A stretch of DNA of 64,000 nucleotides from IMG/VR virus record IMGVR_UViG_3300014205_000011, positions 1-64,000 of that record; one strand, written 5' to 3'. The stretch is from a virus (Duplodnaviria > Caudoviricetes). A program made the translations under genes and the position numbers. Position 1 is the first letter of the stretch. Each line of letters begins with the position of its first letter. The notes under the pieces were generated by a model that was given only the letters and a program-made list of their open reading frames with translations, was not told the origin of the DNA and made no database searches. Of this stretch, positions 30,701 through 38,809 are shown in pieces.

Positions 30701-31307
30701 AGCTTTACAATTTAGAAAGTGGATGCATCCTGGATTTGAAGCTAGATTTAGAAGCCAATACTATGATGAAAGACTTAACCAATATGTAAAAGGTAGATAC
30801 CTTACTTATGTAGACTTTTTTAAAGCTATTAAAGAACTTAAAGGTGTAGTACTAGCTTGGAATAGTCTAGATGCACATGGTAAAGCTAATATGAGAAGGA
30901 ATATAATGGGTCTATTCTATACTGTTGGTACATTCCTGCTGCTTAGTTTGTTTAGAAGTATGGCAGATGATGATGATGAATTAGATAATAGTAAAGGATT
31001 TAATTTCTTTTTGTATCAAATAGATAGGTTCCAATCTGAAATGAAGTTTTACAATGTAGGTATACTTACTGGAGACTTAACTAAATTATTAAGGTCTCCA
31101 GCAGCAGCTATCACTACATTAGAAAATGTAGGTAGGATTTTTAAAGATGCTATAACTTATGATTTCTTGGATGAAGAAGAAAACCTAGTTAGAGGTGAAG
31201 ACTATACTAAGCTTAACAGAGACTTTGAAAAGCTTATACCTATTTTAAAAGAAGCTAAAAGATGGAAAAATGTAGAAGATCAAAGTCAATATTTTAAGAC
31301 TTTCTAG
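27750..31307 (+). CDS. Large ejected cargo protein with degenerate zincin-like motif
   Basis: 1185 aa; N-terminal MKCP...W..LV...GE motif; LPEEVSHFF...EEAVGK motif; last gene of the plus-strand block. Confidence 0.65.
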   Translation: MQMKCPVKNSDWIRLVEEVGELNAYKYFMLNNEETPTKEQVDKIIENRQPSIAKLLKYYNADTAGFLPKQVIVEKVKQDIKNKNLDVELKQASNGRYYLAKNGRKVTFYDLDGDSSKDEQLSQKLQDILTNIGIKIEAYDSLINRLGVDAAGAADIMNNIIYIANNKASETTLPEEVSHFFIRGLGLDNPLVKRLMDNIDQHPIYQQVLNDYTDLNYTQEELKEEAVGKLLGKYIVQEHKSTKGGVSIWEKFKGTMNLLLDKVYNLFKKITNQEMYATVEQVYGKFAKDILKGDIIVKDNNDGFFYQMSRTILSQQQMVEDKLKAIEARIKDYKAREGEYGGAKEKIEKFIKDTEKATNEIKELNEVNHEAAYLKLLELVNEAIKDTKERITTGELTELGLSRAINYMISYKNINLVDTTNEVIKKSANELEGQRLRLQTELEELAKVKLGKIALEETSSNRTVDKLLTPTSDLSWDQQNLGAMANADDSILAILDKKYKREVEDKVFEKMLIFDEKLAELLDKVNKEDLKLFIDTQDGVNRITSKWDASYYKAKKQFIESIDNLPHDIRILEWRKWFNENHTVRDANGKSHPKDRWISDKWKRIQVDPNIKALYDFVMSNKIFSDRLMGLEVYTNSEYRLPQFHKTLVEQIASQGKWEFLKGKTKKLLTSLEYTKDKNIYTDETDKPISFLKKPGTYKLEDPSTDIVNVLKAYVYSAEMYRAKRDIQGLVELTKTYVALRKVPVVNRKGAVLNQDGTPITMEGLSTRAYKRVEDWIEMIYFGNNQKDQGSFNIFGKQVDKQKVARALGKYNSVTALALNLFSATSNIIYGGVMQVMEAVGGEYYTGKDYAWATKTYATQALSPKLRELVKYFKVVQDTSEYGEKHNWISKLMFGGQTIGEDMLQVRMFLAMAHNYKVELNGEKINLWDAFEYDGKLKLKEGMELTNQDISDFRGKVRAVNQKLHGRYDTLDQAALQQYWWGYLALQFRKWMHPGFEARFRSQYYDERLNQYVKGRYLTYVDFFKAIKELKGVVLAWNSLDAHGKANMRRNIMGLFYTVGTFLLLSLFRSMADDDDELDNSKGFNFFLYQIDRFQSEMKFYNVGILTGDLTKLLRSPAAAITTLENVGRIFKDAITYDFLDEEENLVRGEDYTKLNRDFEKLIPILKEAKRWKNVEDQSQYFKTF

Positions 31308-31527
31308 TATAATTTAATTCTGGATGGTTATATTTAATATTAACCCCATATATTACATAATAGCTATTTATAATGTTATAAGGAACATTAGGTAATATAA
31401 TATCTGCTAACTTAGCCCCTACAAGCAATTTACTTATTACAAATGGTATATATAAATTATGTATTCTATGTGAAGTAGGTATTACCTGTCTTCTTTTTAG
31501 TTCATCATATAATTGCTGATTTGTCAT
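31294..31527 (-). CDS. Small LFxP-family protein
   Basis: ELKRRQVI ... NLYIP. Confidence 0.7.
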   Translation of the reverse strand: MTNQQLYDELKRRQVIPTSHRIHNLYIPFVISKLLVGAKLADIILPNVPYNIINSYYVIYGVNIKYNHPELNYTRKS

Positions 31528-31738
31528 ATTCTAAATTTGGTGGTACATTAGTAATATCTATGAACATTGTACCTGTAAGAAAAAGTTTAGATCCACGACT
31601 AACCCAATAGTCATTACTAAGTTGTGTATTTTTTAATGCTAAACATACTTTATTAGGTATAAACAAAGAATTTATAAAGACTGTATACTCTATAATACTT
31701 CTTTGTATTAGTGCATTATATAATTCTGTGTTTGTCAT
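31505..31738 (-). CDS. Small LFxP-family protein
   Basis: LIQRSII ... SLFIP. Confidence 0.7.
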   Translation of the reverse strand: MTNTELYNALIQRSIIEYTVFINSLFIPNKVCLALKNTQLSNDYWVSRGSKLFLTGTMFIDITNVPPNLEYDKSAII

Positions 31739-31941
31739 ATTGCTGGTTTAATACTTAAAAACATTCTTTTTTTTTTATAACCATAATAGACTGTTCCAGA
31801 AAAACATATTGCTGGATAATAAGGAACAGCTATCCCGTTTAAAGAAATAACAACAGCATTAGGCAAAAAAATATTTTTTAGTCTCCAACTAGAAGGAGAA
31901 GAAATAATATCTTTTGTTCTTAACTTTTCATATATTGTCAT
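31735..31941 (-). CDS. Small LFxP-family protein
   Basis: LRTKDII ... NIFLP; contains an A10 tract (31767-31776). Confidence 0.7.
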   Translation of the reverse strand: MTIYEKLRTKDIISSPSSWRLKNIFLPNAVVISLNGIAVPYYPAICFSGTVYYGYKKKRMFLSIKPAI

Positions 31942-32366
31942 AAGTCTATATCTATTCTGTAATGTGAATCAAAAGAAGTTATTGAAGCTATGTGTTTATA
32001 TTTATCAACTATTTCTAAAGGTATACAAGATATTTCACTTACCCCTAATTGTAACTTGTGTGTAGGATTGTTTGCTAAATGTATGTCAGTATACAACTTA
32101 GCTTTAGGAGAAGACATGTCTAATATTTCTTTCATGATGTTTTCAAAACTTGTACAACCTTTACTATACATAGACTCAAGTATAAATAAATTACTATCAG
32201 GTTTAGTACTATCTTTTTGAATTACATTACCTTTTTTATACCTGTTTTCATATTCTCTAAAATCTATACCGTCTTTAAGATTCTTCTCCCATTGATACTG
32301 AAATACATATGATGTCCTATTAAGTATCTGTAATACTTTTGTAATATTCTCTAAGTCTTTTTTCAT
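31938..32366 (-). CDS. Hypothetical protein (possible divergent LFxP member)
   Basis: ATGA-coupled ORF with NLFIL. Confidence 0.55.
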   Translation of the reverse strand: MKKDLENITKVLQILNRTSYVFQYQWEKNLKDGIDFREYENRYKKGNVIQKDSTKPDSNLFILESMYSKGCTSFENIMKEILDMSSPKAKLYTDIHLANNPTHKLQLGVSEISCIPLEIVDKYKHIASITSFDSHYRIDIDL

Positions 32367-32589
32367 GTATAATGAAATTATGATGTTCTAATCCTAAACT
32401 ATTAGGAGATATAAAAGGATAAACATTTTTTGATGGGTATAAAGTTTTAATGTGAATTTCTGCTAATTTTATTATAGTTGTAGGAAAAAATCCTTGTGGA
32501 TAACAGTTACTACCATCTTTATATATAAACACATACCCCATTTGTCTTTCTATAATGTTCCTTATTAATGTTATTTTATATTCTTCCAT
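32320..32589 (-). CDS. Hypothetical protein (possible divergent LFxP member)
   Basis: IIERQMG ... GFFP. Confidence 0.55.
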   Translation of the reverse strand: MEEYKITLIRNIIERQMGYVFIYKDGSNCYPQGFFPTTIIKLAEIHIKTLYPSKNVYPFISPNSLGLEHHNFIIHEKRLREYYKSITDT

Positions 32590-32786
32590 GTATTTAAATT
32601 ATAAGCAGTTTTTGAGGTTTTATGTTTAAAACTATTTCTAAACATAAAAGCTTTAAACTGTAAATTATACCCTTCTTTTATCAATACTAGTTTAGGAAAG
32701 AATAAGTTAGACACATCATCCCATTCATAAAAAGGAACTCTTTCTAATAGTTTCCTATTGTTTAAGTTAGTTAAAGTTGTTTCCAT
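32571..32786 (-). CDS. Small LFxP-family protein
   Basis: NLFFP. Confidence 0.65.
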   Translation of the reverse strand: METTLTNLNNRKLLERVPFYEWDDVSNLFFPKLVLIKEGYNLQFKAFMFRNSFKHKTSKTAYNLNTWKNIK

Positions 32787-33016
32787 CCTCGTTTTGATTT
32801 TTTAGTATAAACATGTAATGTATCATAACCTTTAGTACACAATTCAACTCCATATGTATTTTCTTGAGGATATATCCATATTTTATTATATTCTTCAGGT
32901 CTTATTGATGCAGGCAAAAACAGTTCTGATATTCTAAACCAATTTTGATTCGTATACCAAAAGTTTACAATTGTTTTATTAATTAATACTTGTTTTATAT
33001 TGTTATTTTTATACAT
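32771..33016 (-). CDS. Small LFxP-family protein
   Basis: LINKTIV ... ELFLP. Confidence 0.65.
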   Translation of the reverse strand: MYKNNNIKQVLINKTIVNFWYTNQNWFRISELFLPASIRPEEYNKIWIYPQENTYGVELCTKGYDTLHVYTKKSKRGWKQL

Positions 33017-33231
33017 CCTCCACCACTTATTGAATTAGGAAACATAATTAAATTAGGATAATCATAAGTATAAAATTCTATTGTTTTAAGAGTAAAACCT
33101 TTACCCATCCATACATAACAATATTCTTTAGGAACAATGTATTTTGGTATAAATAAATTTACAGTTGTGCCCCAATTTAATTTTATATTAGTGTTCCATA
33201 ATATGTTTTTATTTTTTAAAATTGTCTTCAT
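32995..33231 (-). CDS. Small LFxP-family protein
   Basis: LKNKNIL ... NLFIP. Confidence 0.65.
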   Translation of the reverse strand: MKTILKNKNILWNTNIKLNWGTTVNLFIPKYIVPKEYCYVWMGKGFTLKTIEFYTYDYPNLIMFPNSISGGGCIKITI

Positions 33232-33243
33232 AGTTTATAAATT

Positions 33244-33275
33244 AAAAAAGGGAGTAGCTTTTATACTACTCCCTT
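33244..33275 (-). terminator. Intrinsic terminator
   Basis: 10-bp stem AAGGGAGTAG/CTACTCCCTT followed by a T-run on the minus strand, just after ORF 33297..33617. Confidence 0.8.
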
Positions 33276-33296
33276 ACAAACACACAATTATCAACA

Positions 33297-33617
33297 CTAG
33301 TCTCTTACTGGCATGTTACTGCGTAACCAAGGATTATAAGCTTGTTGTATTGATTTAACAATAACAACATCTTTAGGTACTACATGAGTCCAATGCTCAT
33401 GATGAGTAACTACACCTTCTTCAGTAAGGCTGAATTTGTCAGGACTTACATCATCACCTCGGTAATCTTTAAGGTCATCTGCATAATCTATTACAGCACC
33501 TTTGGTTTGAAGCAAATGGTGGTGACCAGTTACTTCTCCATGTTGAAGGATAACACCTTCTGTGTAGCCTTTAATGGCTACTTCCGAATTCAATTGTTTT
33601 AAATCTACTCTTTCCAT
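33297..33617 (-). CDS. His-rich putative metal-binding small protein
   Basis: HGEVTGHHH ... HHEH ... QQAYNP ... VRD. Confidence 0.7.
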   Translation of the reverse strand: MERVDLKQLNSEVAIKGYTEGVILQHGEVTGHHHLLQTKGAVIDYADDLKDYRGDDVSPDKFSLTEEGVVTHHEHWTHVVPKDVVIVKSIQQAYNPWLRSNMPVRD

Positions 33618-33634
33618 TTTGTTTTTGTTTACTA

Positions 33635-33642
33635 CAAATTTA
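33635..33642 (-). promoter_or_regulatory. Bacteroidota -7 box (TAAATTTG)
   Basis: TAnnTTTG followed by TAGTAA, the same downstream context as the intron ORF promoter. Confidence 0.5.
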
Positions 33643-33650
33643 CTACTTTA

Positions 33651-34574
33651 TTAACTTTCACTCACTATCATAGTGAGATATTGTTCTCTTGTTAAGCCTT
33701 TGCTTACTTTTAATGGGTGACCTTTATACTCTTCTTTGAGTATACCTAAGTTAACATCTCCTTGACGTTGTATATATTCATACACTTCATCTATTTCAAT
33801 AGATTCATGAGGTACGAGCATTTTAATATTACTAGCTATTGCAGCTATAGGATCAGTCATGAATTCTAAAGTCTCATTGTTAGAACCTTTTTTAGTAGTA
33901 ATATCTACATAAAGAAAGTACATCCTGTCTGTACTTGTATCTTTACATTTGATAATACCAAATACAGAGTCTCCTGATGGTGTAGATATAGTATGTTTAT
34001 ACAAGGTATATGTATCAGGAAATTCTACTTCTTCTTCTGATATACCATCTTCTGTTACAGTCCACCTTTTATGTTTTTTCATAACAGTTTCTTCACCTAT
34101 TATTTCAAGGTTAAGACCTACTACTATTTCTTCAGGTGTAAAGCCTCTAAAAGCTATTGCTTTTTGTTCTTCATTTTCTAGTGCTATGCACTCTTTTAAT
34201 GTTATTGCTTTAAGATCACTTGTGTTAGAATCAGAATACATGTCTGCTATAACAGCATCTATATCTAATTTTACATTTTTCCCTTGTTCCTTATAGTCAA
34301 CATTTACTAACCAAGGTAGGTTATCTTTAATATGCCCACCAAATGTAGTGCCATTACCTATAGCCCAAGGATCTTCAGCTCTATATAATTGAGCTGCTAT
34401 TCTGAAACCTACAAGCATGTCAAATGCTGTGTCTTCTATACAGAACTTATTTTGTACTGTTTCTTGTTTAGCATAGTTTTCAAGCTCTTTAAGCCATTCT
34501 GATGCTGTGTTTATTACCCTATCTTCAGGTAAAAACACTAAATAATCTTTGTTTTCTTCTAGTGTTGCCTCCAT
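33651..34574 (-). CDS. DUF6745-like protein
   Basis: LENEEQKAIA ... KCKDTSTDRMYFLYV ... DPIAAIA ... RQGDV, as recalled for this phage family. Confidence 0.5.
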   Translation of the reverse strand: MEATLEENKDYLVFLPEDRVINTASEWLKELENYAKQETVQNKFCIEDTAFDMLVGFRIAAQLYRAEDPWAIGNGTTFGGHIKDNLPWLVNVDYKEQGKNVKLDIDAVIADMYSDSNTSDLKAITLKECIALENEEQKAIAFRGFTPEEIVVGLNLEIIGEETVMKKHKRWTVTEDGISEEEVEFPDTYTLYKHTISTPSGDSVFGIIKCKDTSTDRMYFLYVDITTKKGSNNETLEFMTDPIAAIASNIKMLVPHESIEIDEVYEYIQRQGDVNLGILKEEYKGHPLKVSKGLTREQYLTMIVSES

Positions 34575-34807
34575 TATATGTTTATTGTGATATTTTTAAA
34601 ATTATGTTCTACTATTGTTACTACTAAGCCATTACCTGTGTCACCACTAGTATAAGGCTTTATCTGAGTATCTTCCACTACCCATATCTGAGATAATGGA
34701 TATGAAAGGGCTTTACGTAATTGATGTGGTGTATCATGTATAATAGTTACATCATCTATACCTGTTAATATAGGTTTGTATTGTTCTTTAAACTTCTCTA
34801 TGTTCAT
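34574..34807 (-). CDS. Hypothetical protein
   Basis: 77-aa ORF in a coupled operon. Confidence 0.6.
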   Translation of the reverse strand: MNIEKFKEQYKPILTGIDDVTIIHDTPHQLRKALSYPLSQIWVVEDTQIKPYTSGDTGNGLVVTIVEHNFKNITINI

Positions 34808-35009
34808 ACTTAGTGTCTATTATTAGTTTAGCTAAAGTAAAAGGTAAAAACATTTCAAAATCTCCACACCATAATATTCTTGTTCCTTTATATAAAAATC
34901 TATTAGTAAGATCTCTTTCAATAAAAACACTATTAACATTTATAGAATAATGTTCAGTATTACTTCTAGTTCTTTTATATAATTCTGCTACTTTATCTTT
35001 GTCTGTCAT
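34788..35009 (-). CDS. Small LFxP-family protein (C-terminal motif subtype)
   Basis: ELYKRTR ... EMFLPFTLAK. Confidence 0.7.
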   Translation of the reverse strand: MTDKDKVAELYKRTRSNTEHYSINVNSVFIERDLTNRFLYKGTRILWCGDFEMFLPFTLAKLIIDTKYEHREV

Positions 35010-35215
35010 AATGTTAATGATTTAGCTAAATGATATGGAAAAAATAGTGCTAGTTCATCTTGGTATAGTAAGTAATACTTTTTATCTGCCCCCATAAACC
35101 CTACTACATCTTCTCCAGTAAAATGCATGTATTCATCTTCATTTGCACACTCAATAGCATCCCCCCAAGTAATAATAGGTTGTAATCTAAGTAGTACTTC
35201 TTCTACTTTCATCAT
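35006..35215 (-). CDS. Small LFxP-family protein (C-terminal motif subtype)
   Basis: ALFFPYHLAK. Confidence 0.7.
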   Translation of the reverse strand: MMKVEEVLLRLQPIITWGDAIECANEDEYMHFTGEDVVGFMGADKKYYLLYQDELALFFPYHLAKSLTL

Positions 35216-35436
35216 ATACTTTTACTGCTTCTAAACTCATTTTCATATATTGATTTGAATAGTGAATATGGTAAAAATATATTAACATCATGATACCAAT
35301 ATTGTATAGTTTCATTGTTAATAACAATGTTAAAATGTACAATACTTTTTAAACCTTGCCCATGAAGTTTATAAAATGTAGAAATTGTATCTTCAGAATC
35401 TTTAACACCAAGTCTAACTAAATCATTTTGTATCAT
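35212..35436 (-). CDS. Small LFxP-family protein (C-terminal motif subtype)
   Basis: NIFLPYSLFK. Confidence 0.7.
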   Translation of the reverse strand: MIQNDLVRLGVKDSEDTISTFYKLHGQGLKSIVHFNIVINNETIQYWYHDVNIFLPYSLFKSIYENEFRSSKSI

Positions 35437-35669
35437 ACTTTAACTATTAAATTATAAGGAAGAAATAAACTATATTCATATGTGTATAATTTATATACTT
35501 TATAATCAAGTCTAAAAATATTCCACGCTTTCCCATTTTTTAAATCATATGATTTAGCCTGAGTAACTAGATGATTTACTGTGTAAGGATAATCTTTATA
35601 CTCTTTATATCTGTCACTAAGTAACCTATCTATAATAGATTGATACAATTTTACATTTAAAGTTCCCAT
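35433..35669 (-). CDS. Small LFxP-family protein (C-terminal motif subtype)
   Basis: SLFLPYNLIV. Confidence 0.7.
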   Translation of the reverse strand: MGTLNVKLYQSIIDRLLSDRYKEYKDYPYTVNHLVTQAKSYDLKNGKAWNIFRLDYKVYKLYTYEYSLFLPYNLIVKV

Positions 35670-36277
35670 AACTTATATTGTTGAATAACTTCTCTATTAT
35701 CATGAATAAAATAAAACACCATTTTTCTATCTTCTATATTTTCTATAGGGGTATATAATGGGCCACTTCCAGGTTTAGTAATATATCTAATAGAATCATC
35801 TGGTATTTTACCTTCTGAAACTAATAAGTCATTAAACACTTTAGAATATATCACACCAAAGTTTTCAATGTCCCAATTATTTCTACCAGGTACTTGATAT
35901 ATCTCACATTCTATAATAATGGGCAAAGTTGTAATAATAGGTACTTGTTGAACATAAGGAAGTAAAAACTTTTTAAGTCCGTTTACTATATTCATTCTTA
36001 CAGAATAGTTACCTGCATAAATAAATTGGTTATTAATAGCTTGATACTTAGGTGTTCCTGCACTCTTAGCATTAGCTACTATTCTATTACCATTTTCATT
36101 TATGAGATACCCTTCTGTGTTGAATTTGTAGTTCTTGTATTTTTTAGGAATTTTAGTCTTTCTAAGCAATCCTGGGTATTTGCTGTAGAAGATTTCTCTC
36201 CTCTTCTGGCTGACTAATACCTTGGTTATGAACTGGGGTATTGTCAGAGTATAAAATGGCTCTTGATTCTGCTTCAC
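35657..36277 (-). CDS. rusA: RusA-like Holliday junction resolvase
   Basis: WDIEN..VIYSKVFNDLLVSEGKIPDDS matches the RusA DxDN..K...D.L...G...DD acidic pattern (with E for D). Confidence 0.65.
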   Translation of the reverse strand: MKQNQEPFYTLTIPQFITKVLVSQKRREIFYSKYPGLLRKTKIPKKYKNYKFNTEGYLINENGNRIVANAKSAGTPKYQAINNQFIYAGNYSVRMNIVNGLKKFLLPYVQQVPIITTLPIIIECEIYQVPGRNNWDIENFGVIYSKVFNDLLVSEGKIPDDSIRYITKPGSGPLYTPIENIEDRKMVFYFIHDNREVIQQYKLWEL

Positions 36278-36917
36278 TCATTCTCTTTCTCTTTTGGTTT
36301 ATAAATTCTTTTAATTCATTTGTAGATGCCTGTCTATCTTTAGTAAGCTTATGTTCACTTGTTTTAATTAATACACATTTAGGTTCTCTAATTTCTACAT
36401 CAAAGTAATTATTTTGAAAATCTTTAATTAATGTTTCAAAATAAGGAAATATTTTTATTGCGTTAGGATGAAATACAAATTTATACATGCGTATATCTAA
36501 ATTAGTTTGTATGTTACCATAACAATAGTTAATGTATTCTTCTACTTTATCTTCTTTTATTAACACAGTCATAAGCATACAATATTGGTCAAGTGTATAT
36601 CTATGTTGCATAAACCCCCATAAATAATTAACTCTTAATAAAAAATCATAAGGTGAGATATATTTAAACTCTCCATCAGATGTTTTAATTCTACTAGTAG
36701 ATTGATGGTTAGATAAATAAGGAATTACAAAATAATCTTTATTTATTCCTATTTGCATTTTACTTGATTCAATACTATTATGAATACTTAAAACATTTAC
36801 ATAACCTTCTTCTTCATTTTTAAATAATATTCCATTTTGAAAATTAATACATATATTAATAGAAGGGTAAACATATTTTTCAAAACTAACATCATGTTGT
36901 TTATTTACTAATATCAT
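36162..36917 (-). CDS. Hypothetical protein directly downstream of the E1-like gene
   Basis: 251-aa ORF overlapping both the E1 stop and the RusA start. Confidence 0.65.
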   Translation of the reverse strand: MILVNKQHDVSFEKYVYPSINICINFQNGILFKNEEEGYVNVLSIHNSIESSKMQIGINKDYFVIPYLSNHQSTSRIKTSDGEFKYISPYDFLLRVNYLWGFMQHRYTLDQYCMLMTVLIKEDKVEEYINYCYGNIQTNLDIRMYKFVFHPNAIKIFPYFETLIKDFQNNYFDVEIREPKCVLIKTSEHKLTKDRQASTNELKEFINQKRKRMSEAESRAILYSDNTPVHNQGISQPEEERNLLQQIPRIA

Positions 36918-37632
36918 AATACATGCTTATCATTTCAAGTTTAAGATTAGGTAAAGGGCAAATAGGTTTCTTATATACAAAATTAGTAAGGTAATTTGTA
37001 AATGAGTTAACCATATAGGCAGATATTAAGTAAGCATAATGAGTAGTTATCTTTAAAGTACAACTACCATCTACACCTTCAGAATCGTCAAATAGTGACT
37101 TTCTGTATTCATCAATTGTATCTTTGGTTACAATGAATATATCCATAGTCCCATATAATATTCTACCATCTATAAAAACACAAGGAGTACTACCATCATT
37201 AGTAATAGCTTCTTGTACCCATGATTCAAACATGTCTTTTCTAGCTTTCATAGAGTCAAAACATGAAAAACATATGGATTCTATTGGAGAATCTTCAGTA
37301 AATAATTCATTTTTAGCTGTTACATTATCTTCACCTGAAAAACTAGCACACAACTCTTTAATAGCATCTACTTTAGGCATACCTAAATGTTTCATGTGAT
37401 AGCCCTGTGCTCCTAAGTTAACAGTATCTACAGAATCATTATCCCATATAGTAAGTTGATGTCCATATCTAGATAATATCATAGCTATGTGTGATCCAGT
37501 TGCTCCAGCCCCTCCTATAGTTATAGGATAAAATTTACCAAACCAAGGCGCATCTTTATACCTGATATTTTTCTCTTCGTAATTAGGCTCCAACTTGATT
37601 TGGGAAGGCATCGTTATATTTGGTGAATTCAT
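36901..37632 (-). CDS. E1-like (ThiF/MoeB family) ubiquitin-like activating enzyme
   Basis: GGAGATGS nucleotide loop, DNDSVDTVNLGAQ, GMPKVDA, CFDSMKARK, IDGR; candidate catalytic Cys in GSCTLK (37060-37062). Confidence 0.9.
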   Translation of the reverse strand: MNSPNITMPSQIKLEPNYEEKNIRYKDAPWFGKFYPITIGGAGATGSHIAMILSRYGHQLTIWDNDSVDTVNLGAQGYHMKHLGMPKVDAIKELCASFSGEDNVTAKNELFTEDSPIESICFSCFDSMKARKDMFESWVQEAITNDGSTPCVFIDGRILYGTMDIFIVTKDTIDEYRKSLFDDSEGVDGSCTLKITTHYAYLISAYMVNSFTNYLTNFVYKKPICPLPNLKLEMISMYYDISK

Positions 37633-38809
37633 TTATTTCTTTCTCCATTTCTTTTTTAAGATACTCTTTATAATAATTTTTTACATCATCTCTTGGTTGT
37701 CCTAAATCAACTTCAGTCATACCATGATAAATAGAATGATAAAAGAAACAAGTATATGCAGTATATAACAAAGGATCTGCTTGTGGTGACATTTTTGCCC
37801 TTATTTCATATATTGTATCATAATGAATAAAATATAAGTCTAACGCTTCATCTACAGCTTGTTTCAATTTTCCATCTTTTCTAAGTTGAAATATTGATTC
37901 TTGTTTAGCTTCTCTAATTTCTTCCATTATAGTATCTACAACATCATAGTTAATAGAATATAAACTTGTTGTTTGTTTTAACCTAAACAAATCACACATC
38001 ATTAAAGCAGGTTTAGTTTTATGTTTTGTATACATTTTATACTCAACAAGTGTTGCTTGGAGATCATCAGGAAGCTTAATAATAGTTTTCAAAGGATCTT
38101 TCCCAATCGTCATACCAGTCTGAGGATAAGTAACTTTGGAAGGTAAAACTATTGGGGTTTTGAACTTTTTTTTCAGTGCCTCTGCTTTCTTTTTAAATAC
38201 ATCGTCTATTTGAATTTCTTCAGTTTCATATAATACTTTACAATCATAATAATGTAATACATCTTTTTCTACTTTAGTAGTTACTTTTGTTTCTTTAGTA
38301 ACAAAGTTTGTTACCCTAGCTATGTGATTAGTAACATCTGCATTGTAACATAACCTAGCTATAGCTTCCCATTTGTTATTTACAATTAAACTTACATAAA
38401 AAGGAAATATCTTACAAGAGTCTGTAATTTCTTCATTATCTGGCCCTGAAAAGAACACTCCTGTTGATACATGTGTATGTATAAATCCTCTATTAACTAA
38501 TCCTTTAACAAAATCAGGATTATAAGTATATATATCTTCTGCGTGTTCTTGAAGATCTTCATAATCAAATGCCATACCTTTAGCATAGTTTATAGGCAAC
38601 ATATCATGTACATTTATAGTACATTCATGAGGATCTTTACTATCTGAACTCCAATATATTACTCCAGACCATTCATTACCTGGATGATCTTTATGCAAAT
38701 ATTGAATTTGATTCTGTAGTTTAATTGATAACACCAAAGTAGGTGTCCCAATTAATTTTACTGCTGATACTTCTTTTTTGGCAGAAGTCGCTGTTGTAGT
38801 AGTCATCAC
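37583..38809 (-). CDS. JAB/MPN+ (JAMM) metallo-isopeptidase
   Basis: NEWSG Glu plus HTHVSTGVFFSGPD = HxH-x7-S-x2-D (HTH at 38471-38479). Confidence 0.9.
   Translation of the reverse strand: MMTTTTATSAKKEVSAVKLIGTPTLVLSIKLQNQIQYLHKDHPGNEWSGVIYWSSDSKDPHECTINVHDMLPINYAKGMAFDYEDLQEHAEDIYTYNPDFVKGLVNRGFIHTHVSTGVFFSGPDNEEITDSCKIFPFYVSLIVNNKWEAIARLCYNADVTNHIARVTNFVTKETKVTTKVEKDVLHYYDCKVLYETEEIQIDDVFKKKAEALKKKFKTPIVLPSKVTYPQTGMTIGKDPLKTIIKLPDDLQATLVEYKMYTKHKTKPALMMCDLFRLKQTTSLYSINYDVVDTIMEEIREAKQESIFQLRKDGKLKQAVDEALDLYFIHYDTIYEIRAKMSPQADPLLYTAYTCFFYHSIYHGMTEVDLGQPRDDVKNYYKEYLKKEMEKEINEFTKYNDAFPNQVGA

Noticed and set aside
31294-31307. Terminator at the convergence of the two gene blocks
   Set aside because: The two stops overlap by 14 nt and I could not find a convincing hairpin.
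36901-37632. ThiF-like gene as a thiamine/molybdopterin auxiliary metabolic gene
   Set aside because: No thiG/thiS/moaE-type neighbours are in the window; its neighbours are JAB, E2-like and Ubl-like genes.
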